Shown: positions 23,176-35,335 of the stretch, piece after piece
How the letters are laid out: every line of letters begins with the position of its first letter
Position numbering within the stretch: position 1 is the first letter of the stretch
Source: Torpedo marmorata
Lineage: Eukaryota
Length of the DNA stretch: 64,000 bases
Assembly (NCBI GenBank): GCA_977017645.1
Contig: OZ360249.1
Location: forward strand, 6,572,001-6,636,000
Direction of reading: 5' to 3'
Position numbers and translations under genes: made by a program
The notes under the pieces: generated by a model
Seen by the model: the letters and a program-made list of their open reading frames with translations, nothing else
The model's database searches: none
What the model was told of the DNA's origin: nothing

Positions 23176-23647
23176 CCAGCTGTATCACAGCCTTGTATGA
23201 GGGTAACAATACCTCTGAATGGAAGGCCTTACAAAAGGTAGTGGACACAACCCAGGACATCACAGGAAAAACTCTCCCCACCATTGAGACAATCTACAAT
23301 GGAACGCTGCCATCAGAGAGCAGCAGCAATCATCAAGTATCCACGCCACCCAGGACATGCTCTGTTCTCACTACTGTCATCAGGAAAGAAGTATGGGTGC
23401 AACAAGACGTACCACCTGGTTCAGGAACAGTTGCTACCTCTCCACCATCAGATGCCTAAACAGACTCAATCAGAGACTCATTTAAGGACTCTTAATTTAT
23501 TACTGAATATTTTTTTCTCTATTTGCACAGTCAGTTTATTTACATTTCTTTCATTGTTTACATTTCTCTCTTTTGTATACGTATCTTTTTCTTGAGTACA
23601 ATTTACAATTCTGCCTGGCCCACAGGAAAAAGAATCTCAGGGTTGTA
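23176..23647 (+). mobile_element. Rex1/Babar 3' portion (its tail resumes at 24963-25012)
   Basis: CITALYEGNNTSEWKALQKVVDTTQDITG; HPGHALFSLLSSGK. The UTR matches 27060-27302. Confidence 0.85.
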
Positions 23648-24962
23648 GTAAAAACACAATGCTGGAGAAACTCAGCAAGTCAAACAGTATACTTTATATA
23701 ACAAAGATAAACATACATATCCAATGTTTCAGGCCTGAGCCCTTCATCAAGATATGAGCAAAATGTAAGCAGGTGCCTGAATAAAATTGTGGGGGGAGGA
23801 GCACAGGTCCACAGGCAGGAGGTAATAGGTGGATAAGGGAGGGAGGGCACACCAGCAAACGGGGAGGGGAGATGGCTCTGTGAATGGGGAGGGAAGGGGG
23901 TGGAGAGCTGGAGGAAAGGAGACAGAGGGATGGGGAAGAGAGGGAGAACAGTGAGTGGGCTAGCAGAAACTGGAGAAGTCAATGTTAATGCATCCAGTTG
24001 GAGTTGCTCCTCCAATTTATGGGCGGCCTTCATTTGGCAGTCATGTCAGTGCAGGGGTATGGCGCAGAATTGAAATGGTTGGCCACTAGGAGATCCCTGT
24101 CACTGATGCGAACAGAGCGAAGGTGCTCAGTGAAGTAATCTCCCAGTCTGCATCCAGTCTCTGCGATGTAGATAAGGCCACAACGGGATCAACGGATGCA
24201 GTAGATGAATCCTGAAGATTCACAAGTGAAGTGTTGCTTCTTTTGGACGGACAGTTTGGGGCACCGAAGGGTGGTGAGGGAGAAGGTGTGGGCGCAAGTG
24301 TGGCACTTCCTGTGGCCGCAAGTGATGAGTGGGTGAGGGAATCACGGAGGGAGCGGTCCCTACAGAAGGCGAAGAGGGGAGTAGAGTAGCAGATGTGTTT
24401 GGTGGTGGGATCATGTTGTAGGTGACGGAAATTGAGGAGGATGATGTGTTAGATGTGGAGGTTGGTTAGGTGGTAGATGAGGACAAGGGCAATCCTGTTT
24501 TGTTGCATCTAGGGGCAGAGAGGGCCAGGGCAGATGAGTGGGAAATGGAGGAGATGTGGGTAAGGGCTGAGCTGATGGTGGTAGAGAGGAAGCCACATTT
24601 TTAGAAAGAGGACAACTCAGATGATCTGGACTGGAAGACCTCATCTTGGGAGCAGATACGACAGAGAAAGGAATTGAGAGAAAGGAATAGAATCCTTGCA
24701 GGGGACTGGGTGTGAAGAAGTGTAGTTGAGGTAGTTGTGGGAGTTGGTAGGTTTGTAAAAAAAATGTCTGTAGAAAGCTTGTCTCCCGAGATGGAGACAG
24801 AGAGATGAAGAAAGGGGAGATTGTCGCTGGAGATGGACAAAGTGAATTTGAGTTCAAGGTGAAAGTTAGCAGCAAAGTGAATAAAGTTGATGAGCTCATC
24901 ATGAGTGCATGAGGCAGCATCGATGTAGTTGTCAATGTAACGGAGGGAGAGTTGAGCAGCCT
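23648..24962 (-). mobile_element. Penelope-like element (RT end plus GIY-YIG, degraded) nested in a Rex1 tail
   Basis: LRYIDNYI...ELINFIHFAANFHLELKFT...LPFL (PLE RT), a decayed hammerhead-like motif at 23721-23752, and TSD TCAGGGTTGTA/TCAGGTTTGTA at 23637-23647 and 24963-24973. Confidence 0.88.
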
Positions 24963-26079
24963 TCAGGTTTGTACATGATATCATGTGTGTACTCTGACAA
25001 TAAACCTGAACTTGAAAGAAAAACATCAGGAAGGTGGGCCAAATCAGAATGCTCACCATTCAAAAGTTCAACTTAAGTGGAATTTCCATTAAATTCCAAT
25101 GATCCGCTACTTCCTTGGAATAATTTTGTGGTTCAAATTTTTATTTGATATGTTTGGCCTGGAAAAAAAAGTTTACTGTTTAGTACTTTTTACAATTTCA
25201 ACAATGGCGAAAGCATCTGCAAGAGGATGGCTGGTGGACTTGAATTTGAGCATCATGAGGGATATCTATCTGTCACATCATATTAAAAACGATTCATTTG
25301 CAGTGCTGATTGGCATCAGACCTGTTAGCAAATGCCGTTGTTGTTGTAGAGAAACTAATATCTTTAACCTCTAATGTGAGAAACACCTCATATTGTCATG
25401 AAGTGAAGTTCCTGAAGTTTGATATGATCGTGATATTTATAGAAAATGTGAAATCTACACAGGGCATTTTATACCCTTTGTGCAAAATTTCTACAAAACT
25501 GTCAAAAAATTAATTGACATGTAAACTGGAAGATTTTGCAGAATGACATGGCAGGAACTAGATATTTGTTTATATGTAAAAGTATCTGAATAGAGTGGAC
25601 TGCAAAATATTTATTATCCGATGAGCTGAAGTTTAAGAACTGACATACTGAGAATTACAATAATGGCACAGTGGTTCAATATCGGTTCATTATAATAACT
25701 GATTTATGATTGGGATTACCCTCCCTGATTATCAAATTTATGGACAGTGCAGTCATTGTTTTTATCTCCTAATAAAACAATACAGTTGTAGCTTTTCTTT
25801 AAAAAGAGGAAGCCTTTCGGTTGTTTGTATCTGTGCTGGCACTTTGGATAATGAGACACTCACACTGACCCCACAGTCATGTTTTCAGTTCTCATTTAAT
25901 AACAGGTAACACTTTGCACCTCAGCCATTTCCCCTAGCCAAGAGAGTCCATCAATCCTCACCCTAAAGTAATTTCTTCTAATCCCTCTTGTATCTCTCAA
26001 GTGCAAATTTAGCTTGATGATAACTGGTCATAAATTATCCAAAGGGATCAAAAAGCCTCCCCTCGGTTCGTATATTAAA

Positions 26080-27302
26080 GCTCCACCTCTACACAAAGCC
26101 TTGGAACACCTGGACAGTAATGTTGCATACATCAGGATGCTCTTTATCGACTACAGTTCGGCATTCAATGCCATCATCACCTCAAAACTGATCAGCAAAC
26201 TCCAAAACCTGGGACTCAATGCCCCACTATGTAATTGGATCCCGGATTTCCTCACCTCCAGACCACAATCAGTGAGGATTGGTAAGAACATCTCCATCAG
26301 TACTGGAGCACCACAGATCTGTGTTATTAGCCCCCTGCTCTACTCGCGATACACCTATGACTGTATGGCTCGGTACGACAACAACACCATTTACAAATTC
26401 ACTGACGATACCATGGTAGTGGGTTGCATAAAAAAGGGTCGATGAGTCAGCATACAGGAGGGAGATTGAAAACTTGGCTGAATGGTGCACCAACAACAAC
26501 ACAATGTCACCAAAACCAAGGAGCTGATTATTGACTTCATGAATAGAAAACCAGAGGTATACAATCCAGTGATAATTGGGGGATCAGAGGTGGAGAGGGT
26601 GAGAAAATTAAGTTCTTGGGAGTCACTACCTCAGAGGACTTTTCCTGCACACAACACACCAATGGCATCGTGAAGAAAGCACGTCAGCACCTCTGCTTCC
26701 TCAGGAGTCTGCGGAGGTTTGGTATGACATCGGAAACCTTGACAAATTTCTACAGATGTGTTGTGTAAAGTGTGCTGACAGGTTGCCTCATGGTCTGGTA
26801 TGGGGACACCAATAGCCCTGAGTGGAAAGCTCTACAAAAGGTAGTGGACACAGCCCAGGACATCACAGACAAAACCCTCCCCACCATCAAGAACATCTAC
26901 AGGGAAGTTGCTGTCAGAGAGCAGCAGCAATCCTCAAGGATCCACACCACCCAGCACACACTCTGTTCTCACTGCTGCCATCAGGAAAGAGGTGTAGGTG
27001 CCACAAGACTAGCACCACCATGTTCAGGAACAGCTGCTACCCCTCCACCATCAGACTCCTCAACAACAAACTCAATCAGAGACACGTTTAAGGAATCTTA
27101 CTTTTGCACTTCATTGTTTTTTTTCTCTCTGTATTGCACAGTCAGTTTGTTTAAATTCATTTATTTGTTTACACGTATAGTATTTTTGAGAACTTTTTAA
27201 ACTACTAATAAGTGGTAATTTTGCTTCACCCTCGGGTAAAAAATCTCAGGGTTGTATGTGATGCCATGTATGTACTCTGACAATAAATCTGAATTTTGAA
27301 CT
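26080..27302 (+). mobile_element. Rex1/Babar LINE, RT region to tail, frameshifted
   Basis: LHKALEHLD...[15 protein letters not shown]...KL.NLGL...[18 protein letters not shown]; GAPQ.CV.SPLLY; KFTDDT. Tail CTGACAATAAATCTGAA. Confidence 0.92.
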
Positions 27303-28864
27303 TTGTTCTTACTCAAATCGAATCAGATTTCAGGATCTCGAGTCTCTTGTCATGCGCAACATTTCTTGATGGACCTTTGTATTATGCTCGCTAATTCTTT
27401 AAAGTCTCCATAACTGGGCTCTCGGTTCATGAATAACCTTCACATTCTAAGTCCTCATTTAAAAGTTCTAAAATTTTGTTTTCAGTTTCGTTGGGCAATC
27501 CTAAATGACGTTCAGTTCGGGTTGACAGGAGAGTGCAGTAATAATGGGAAATTGTGTAATAGTTATAATGATGCAACGAAGTTGACCTATCTTCAAACGC
27601 GCTTCAAGCTAGAAATAACGATCAGTTGTGCCAAGAAACCAAAAATGTTAACATGCACCTTCATTGGAGATGTTCGCAGAGGAATTACAAAGTCCACATC
27701 CTTTGATATTAAATTTGGCACGAATGCAATTTTTAAATGAGATCTTGTGTGTTTTGTTTTACAGAATTCCCGTTGGAGAGTCGCCCGAAAAGGTACCCTT
27801 ACTATAGGCAGTTTGCCTTATGCTCTCAGACTAAAGAGGAATCTGCGGGAATGCAATACGCACGTTTCAGAGGTCTGGGTTCTCGGAGAACAGATGGAAG
27901 ACCTGACATCTTGGAGAAATTTGGAATGTATTGCTGGCCCTTTGTATTTTTGGTCAGTTAGTCGAGAAAATGAGACTTGATGGGAACTTGAAGCATTGAC
28001 GTCGGTTAAGCCGTTTACATAGGGAAGAACCATGATTTTCAGACAGTGTGTACTTTATTGTTATTGAATTGTTATTTTTCCTCACTGTTCTTTTTCCAGC
28101 ATTGGGATGCAGTGAAATCATTTTTGCAGACTCGCAAAGATTTGCGTGCATGGTGGGGCAAATTGGAACATACATGGTCAGATAACCAACTCTCAACAAA
28201 ACAAAGATCTCAACCGGGTCAAAAAATCAGAAGCAAATATTCCTAATAAATTACTGAGTCAAATCGGTCTGATGGAGGAGAATTAATTTATCTTATTTTC
28301 GGAATGGATTTCAGAAGCACGCACTCGATTGAAGTTCATTTATTTCTGCGAATTTGGGTGTATGGTGTGAATTGCAGAAAACGGCATTTTAGGTGATTTT
28401 TTTAAAAAAAGAGAAATTAACCTTTAACTTGCTATAAATTCGTATAGGTTGTGAGCCATTGCTTTTGACAACCTCCCAGTTTACATTGGATTCCGCTGTT
28501 AAGTTGTTCGATAGTTCATTTTTTCTCTGTAAAGTTTACTTTTTGAGCGCAAATAACCATTCGGCCACAGCGTGTTCAAATGTGCGTTACATTTAACTGT
28601 GGAAACATCTTCAATCACTTCAATACATTTATATTCCTACTTAGGCTTAACCTGTCATTAACCAATGCAATTTGCTCTTTGGAAAATTATTTTAAAACAT
28701 TCCTTGTTATTTCAAGAGCGGCTTGGTAAAATTTGATTAATGAAGGTGAAATGAGTTTCGTAAGCATTTTAAATCCGTGCCACGCCACCATCTGTAAAAT
28801 TACCGAACTAAATTACAGATAATGACTTTTAAAAATATATAGAACCATTTCTTCTTTATATCAG

Positions 28865-29082
28865 NNNNNNNNNNNNNNNNNNNNNNNNNNNNNNNNNNNN
28901 NNNNNNNNNNNNNNNNNNNNNNNNNNNNNNNNNNNNNNNNNNNNNNNNNNNNNNNNNNNNNNNNNNNNNNNNNNNNNNNNNNNNNNNNNNNNNNNNNNNN
29001 NNNNNNNNNNNNNNNNNNNNNNNNNNNNNNNNNNNNNNNNNNNNNNNNNNNNNNNNNNNNNNNNNNNNNNNNNNNNNNNNNN
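28865..29082. other. Assembly gap (218 N)
   Basis: Run of n. Confidence 1.
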
Positions 29083-29754
29083 AATGCTTAAACATAAATA
29101 TAAGTGTAGCACCCAAAAGATCCAGTTAATTTTGGCAGCACCTGGAAAGCTTGCAAACGACTACAATTGGCTGGAACTCCCAATGGAGGTAGTTCACCCT
29201 CAGACGCAGGGCAGGAGCAGGTTTGTTTTTAAAAGTTGCTTTAAAAAAAACTTGGTGAACTAAACGCAATTCGTGCCTCGAGTCTCACGATTGATTGCAT
29301 CACTGACGTTGATGTTGGCGGAATTGCACTGGAGAGACCGTAAGCCAAAGTCCGCGTGCTGTTCGTGACTACACCACATGCACGAATGGACGTTCTCACG
29401 CGATAGTGTTTGTGGGTCAGCATCACTCCTCATAATCGCATCCCCCCCCCATTCCGACCCTATTTCCCATACCCGACAAGCGCAAACTCCCTAATCCAGA
29501 AGTGTGGGTGCAATGAATTCAGATTATTTGAAGGGATGTACTCTGTGGTTATCTCCACCACATACAACCCATACAACTCTGCCCCTCTTCACAGTGAATG
29601 AGTTTATAAAGAATAAAGAAATTATAAATATAAAGAAAAAAAATTAAATCTGGAACCACTCTGAATTTATGGAGTTCAAGGTTGAATGAAAATTGGGGAA
29701 GAACGAAACATTAAGAGTTTTCTAAAATGTACTTGAAATGATGTGTTAGTCACA

Positions 29755-29885
29755 TTCTTTATTTGTTTACATGTGTACGTTGAGTACCGTTTTTTTCGCA
29801 CTACCAATAAATTCTGCCTCGCCCGCAGGAAAAAGAATCTCAGGGTTGTCAGGCATGTACTCTGACAATAAATCTGAAAATCTGA
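29755..29885 (+). mobile_element. Rex1/Babar 3' tail only
   Basis: GCAGGAAAAAGAATCTCAGGGTTGT...ACTCTGACAATAAATCTGAA matches 27230-27295. Confidence 0.8.
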
Positions 29886-32800
29886 CATTCTCTTCAAAAC
29901 GACTGGTCAATAATGAATCTTGTTCCTGAATTAGAAACAAATAGAAAATAAAATTAGACGACCACTGACTATTTTTGGAAATTCTTTTTTAAAAATGAGG
30001 GCATTAGGAAACGGCTACTAATGTATTAAGTATTTAAAAGTACAATATATTTGCAATTCCTAGACGTAGACCTGTTGGTTGTTAACGTCGAGAAATAGTT
30101 TACTCCCCCCCCCCCAATCCCCAAGTTATGATTCTATGCCACACCTCCAAATTCTTGCACGTGTTTCTTATGTGTAAGCTACTAATGTTTAACGCAGTGC
30201 GCGAACCATTGTCGGGAATTGTTGTGTCGAATGATGAAGATTTTCTGAAGATTTATTGTACACATATTTTGGGACTATATTTTGCTGGAAATATTTCACA
30301 CATTAGTAGAAGGAGGCGGGTTCTTCATGAAACCGAAACTATTTGAAGCTTTAATTAGAACAGTTTGGTACGAGGACTGGCGAAATCTTGATCTCGTGCT
30401 AGAATTGATCTATTCAAAGACTCGATCCTCGTTCCGTTGGTTTACTGATTAATAGACTAAAAATTCATGAATTCTCAGAGAATGTGATCATATTGTATCA
30501 TGAGTGTGTTGATTGTGCTCAATATGTTGTTTATTTGTTAAATTAATTCCCATTGAGCGTTTCTGTAATAATTATCCAATAAATTCATGGTTTTTTTTAA
30601 TAACAGTTTCTTCTCGCTGTCATTTCTGGATGATTCCGTGTATATTTATTGCAGAAGTCCCCTCTAGGTTGCAAATGTTTGTCAGGACAGATATTCCGTC
30701 AGCTCTGGCAGTTATTAAATATCTTGCAATGAGCTGCGAATTACGAATTGGGTTGCCAGTGTGTATTGGCTTATTGGGAAATTCGTTATCACTTTTATTT
30801 TTTATCGAAAATGAGAATGTTTAATATCTGCAGATTTATTGTTTACCTAATATTTTGGTGTGCTTGGGAGGAACTTCAAATGCCTTTATTATCACAAGTT
30901 CCATTTTGTTTAAAAATATTTGATAATTTTCCCCTGCAAGGATAAAATTACTCGTAGAATTTTACAATCAGAAACCATGTTCCTGTGCAAACTTCGCTCC
31001 ATTACATACCTTCTAGTGTATCGGATTTTTGGGGAAGACTAAGATAGTATTATTTATTTACCAATGATATTGTGAAATAATTTGCCGATTAGCGCGGTTT
31101 GGTTATTGGAAAATAAAGTTATTTTGACGTATTTGCCTGTGCACACATCTTTTGAATTGATATTAAACATAAAACAGGACATATATTATTCAAAGAGAAC
31201 TACGGCTTGTATCAAAAATTATGAAGAGATTATAAGAAGTTATTTACGTTAATTATTACGTCTCGTCCTTCGCATGTAGAGTTTCTATAGGAATAACATT
31301 TACATTTTAGGTGGCCTGCATACTACTCATTTCAAGCCTTTCGGACACTGCAAGGGTTCATAATTGAAGTTCAAAAAAAAGCTTAACTATGTTTGTCACC
31401 TCGAAGGGGGTGCTGGAGTAACTCGTTTCCTGTTTATTAGAATCTCACATGACTGGTGTGCCTTTTATTCGCTTTCTGTTTGGGTAATCCGGTGTTGCTT
31501 TTATTTTATTTGCAGTTTTCCAACTGAAGTGCATTTCAACCGCACTCACTAGACAATAATGAAACCAAATAACAAGGTCATAAAATAGTGGGTTAAACAT
31601 TTTAAAGCCTAAATTTAAATTTTATTCCGTTAAATCTCAACAATTTGAGGTCTGCCGAACAGGTAACCGGCAGGATGAAAGTATAGAAAAGGACAGACTG
31701 GTTGAATTTGATCACCTTGTCTTCCGCCTGCAGGGTACAAAGTCAAGGCTACCAGTTATGAAACGTGCCGTTGTGTTCATGAAACACAGAACTTTATGCC
31801 GGTAGCGCGTTGAAACCTGTCATTTTCATAACTTTCGAAGTACACTTTTTGGGGGAATAAAATGGAAAATAGCGTACATTTTATTGTTTGTGAGGACGCC
31901 TTCAATCAGGTTATCTGATGCTATTTCTAGATGACATCTTGAGGGCTGCAAGCTAATAATTTTCGATCGTAACGATACACGGTGGGATATTTAGCAAGTT
32001 TTAGTGTTAACATTATTATGTTTTACCGCATGTTATATTTTCCCGAAACTGTGAGTCCACCTTTATTGCATAAAGCAGAACCGCCAATGGACAATTATCA
32101 AATGTGGAACAACCTTTGAATACCCACCCCATATTTCATAACGTAAAGAGCCAATGGGCTCACACACGGCTCGTGGTACCTAAGATAGCCCTTCTGAACA
32201 ACGCATCTTCCACAAATACTCAATCCATATTGCAAAAGACAGGGCCACATCATGCCACTTTACACAACACAGACACGCAAGTGTCTTTAAGTGACTGTTT
32301 CGTTGAATGGCAAAGTGGAAATTGTGCAATCGTGTTATTTCACAAGCTGCAAATAACCATTGCCGAGATTTAACGCATTGCATAAGCAATAATATCTCCT
32401 CTGCTTATCTACATTGGGCGAGTTTCATCTCTGGTCTTTATTATAAGATGATATTTCACTTACATTTATGCGTGGCTATCAAAATCTTTATTTTCGCTAT
32501 TTCAATGACAATTGCGTTGACTTATGGCGACCCATTTCTTTAAAATCTCCGTTGCAGCCAGAATTTGATATATTTTCTCTTTCTAACTCTGGAAGTGATC
32601 ATTATTTTGCAACAAAAAGAAAATGGGGCAAGAAAGTTATGAGATTAGTAAAATGAACGTTAACGGAAGAGTGAAATGGACACATTTGTTTGAGTATATG
32701 TTAGGATTATAGAGTAACTTTTTTTCAATATTGTCTAGTATCTTTTTGGGACCGAAATTCCCAGTGAGATGCAGATCGTTACATCTGCTCCTTCATCTGT

Positions 32801-34116
32801 CATTTGCAAATACCCAGCCTTTGAGGGGGGTGGGAGACTTGGTTATTCGTCTCAATAAAGACAGTCTTTCGTAATTAGCCAACCTACCTGATGGGGGTCA
32901 ATTTGGTCACATCTCGTAGTCCTCGACAAGGGAAGATGTGAAAAGTGGCCCAGTACTGAAAACTCTGACATGACATCAGGGTGAAAACTTCAATATTGCC
33001 AACGTAACATCTACCTGTTTAATAAGAAGTTCACGAAGCTCTGGCACGCCAACCTAGAATCTCACAATATTTTACAGCAGATTGTAATTAAAGTTAACCT
33101 TGAACCATTTATTATCGACTCAGCTCGGGTTTGGAAAACACCCTCTCATTCAACTTCGTGGAAAGTGCACGGTTGTTATCTTCACACACTGTTCGTATAT
33201 TTGCTCATCAAATTAAACACCCTGGACCAGAATCCATTTCCTTTCAATGGAGACTAGCTGTATCACCGGAAAATGTAAAGATGAAAAATGCATTAATTTG
33301 CCTGAAACCACGTGAAATGATCAAGATGAAGATCACAAAACCAGTCACAAATCAAATTATTGCTGAAATTAGATCCGCGCTGTGAAGTTAGGTTCTAACC
33401 GGAAGGTGACCCGGTCTACCCGAGCCTTCCCCCCAATTGCGTTCGATTCGATCAAAACCAAACTATCTTTCACCAAGAAATGATGACATGCCAAAATGTC
33501 CGAGTCGGAGCGAGGTTTTATTTTATAAATAACAACCCTATTCGGTCAATACAATTGAGAATGAAACTTTCAATTATTTTTTTTATTATTTTCTACACCT
33601 TTACCCTGTCCGCACACCAATCGAAACTGCCACAATTGTATTAATCTATTAAATGACCATGTTAATTCTTAGCCATTATTCTTTGGGTAGAATTGGCTAT
33701 TAGACATTTAAGTAAATATAATTGTCATTTACAATCCTTTGAGTACATACAGATGTGTAATTGTGTTCTGATATAAATATGTATAGAGTTGACTATAACT
33801 GAATCATTATAATTATCGTAAGTGATTATCTATAGGTATAGGTTTTCTGGGACAAGGTTGTCAAGGTTTTCATTGAGTGGAACAGGCCCTTCAGCCCAAT
33901 TTGCCCAAGCCGATCAAAATGTCCCACCCACACTTGTCCCACCTGCCTGCATTTGGCTGATATCCCTTTCAACCTATCCTTTCAATGTATCTGTCCAATC
34001 TTTTCTTAAACATTCTTATAATGCCGGCCTCGACCATCTTCTCGTGCAGCGCATTCCATACAACCTCCACTCTCTGCGGATGAAAAAGTTACCCCTTAGG
34101 TTCCTGTTAAATCTCT

Positions 34117-34439
34117 CCCGCCTCGCCCCCTCCCCCCTCACCTGTCCTTCCTGTTTTTCTCCACCTACCCAGCCATCCCTCCTCCCCCTCTTTGCTGCTG
34201 TCCCCTCCCTCCTTTCTCCACCTATCATCTCCTGCCTTTGCCACCCCCTTCCCCCCTCACTCTTTTGTTCGGACGCCTGCCGGCATTTTCTCATACTTTG
34301 ATGAAGGGCTCAAGCCCGAAACGTCGGTTATGTATTTCTACCTTTGCTACATAAAAGACACTGTTTGACCTGCTGAGTTTCTCCAGCATTTGTGTTTTTC
34401 ACTTCAACCACGGTGTCTACAGATTTTCGTGTTTTACTT
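34117..34439 (+). mobile_element. PLE 3' UTR/pLTR fragment
   Basis: Polypyrimidine tract, hammerhead motif, and terminus GACCTGCTGAGTTTCTCCAGCATTTGTG...GTCTACAGATTTTCGTGTTTTAC. Confidence 0.85.
34292..34332 (+). ncRNA. Minimal type I hammerhead ribozyme motif
   Basis: catact-TTGATGA-a-GGGC(tcaa)GCCC-GAAAC-GTC-ggttatg. Stem I can form ~6 bp with one bulge. Confidence 0.62.
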
Positions 34440-35059
34440 CTAAACCCAAGGTCCTCTGGTTACTGATTCCCCTACACTAGCCAAAAGACTCTCTGCATTC
34501 ACCCGATCTATAAGTGGGCAAAGCGTTGAGATGTTATTGGTCTCATGCCAAATGTCACAGATATAGAGTTATTTAATCACAACCTCCTCAGGTTCAGACG
34601 TAGCAAATGCCGACAAGCAGGAGGGAGGCGTACCCCAGACAAAGGGTTGCTGAGTGAAGTCCTTTGTAATACACATTCGAGGTTCAGAGAACTAAGTTTT
34701 TTTTTCTCTCGTCGTAAAGGTCAGAGCTTTTATTGATTTACACAGGGTGGAGGAATAGGTAGAAAAAAGGAACGAAATAGAATTATTGGCGTTACAAATG
34801 GAATGTATACAGATTTAATAATTCGTTAATGAGATAACTGGGTCGAATGAAGAAATTACACGGATGATTTTAAAAATCGAGGTTTAAGAAGCAGCATTAT
34901 GCGTAGAACTATGACGGAACATTCAGCCGAAAGCAAAGTACTGCAGGCACTGGTAATCTGAGACAAAAACAGAAGTTATGAAATGGCATCCACCTGTATA
35001 TGTATTTCTTTCTCCATTGATGCTGCTTAGCCTGCTAAGTATTCCCACCATGTTCCACC

Positions 35060-35335
35060 CCGGAGCATCGGATAATAAGGAGAGATTTGATTGAGGTAAA
35101 CAAAATTGTGAGGGGTATAGACTGAGCAAATGCAAGCAGTCTTTTTTTCACTGAGATTGGGCGAGACAAGAACTAAAGGACATGGGTTAAGGGTGAACGG
35201 TGAAATGTTTAATGGGAACATTTAGGGGGAACGTCTTCACTCAGAGGGAGGTGAGATGATGGGACCAGGCGGAAGAATAGTTCGACACGGACTAGATGGG
35301 GCGAAAGGCCTGTTTCTGTGCTGTAGTGTTCGATG
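35060..35335 (+). mobile_element. Degraded CR1 3' end with internal deletion
   Basis: GGAGAGATTTGATTGAGGTA...GGACATGGGTTAAGGGTGA...GGCGAAAGGCCTGTTTCTGTGCTGTAG. Confidence 0.7.

Larger units (their letters stand above)
33878..34510 (-). mobile_element. CR1 3' end, interrupted by a PLE fragment
   Basis: GGAACAGGCCCTTCAGCCCA tail. Minus-strand ERFNRNLRGNFF resumes after 34439. Confidence 0.75.

Noticed and set aside
28856-29116. ORFs spanning X residues
   Set aside because: Artefact of the N gap.
33822-34301. 159-aa ORF
   Set aside because: Made of antisense CR1 tail plus a PLE polypyrimidine tract.
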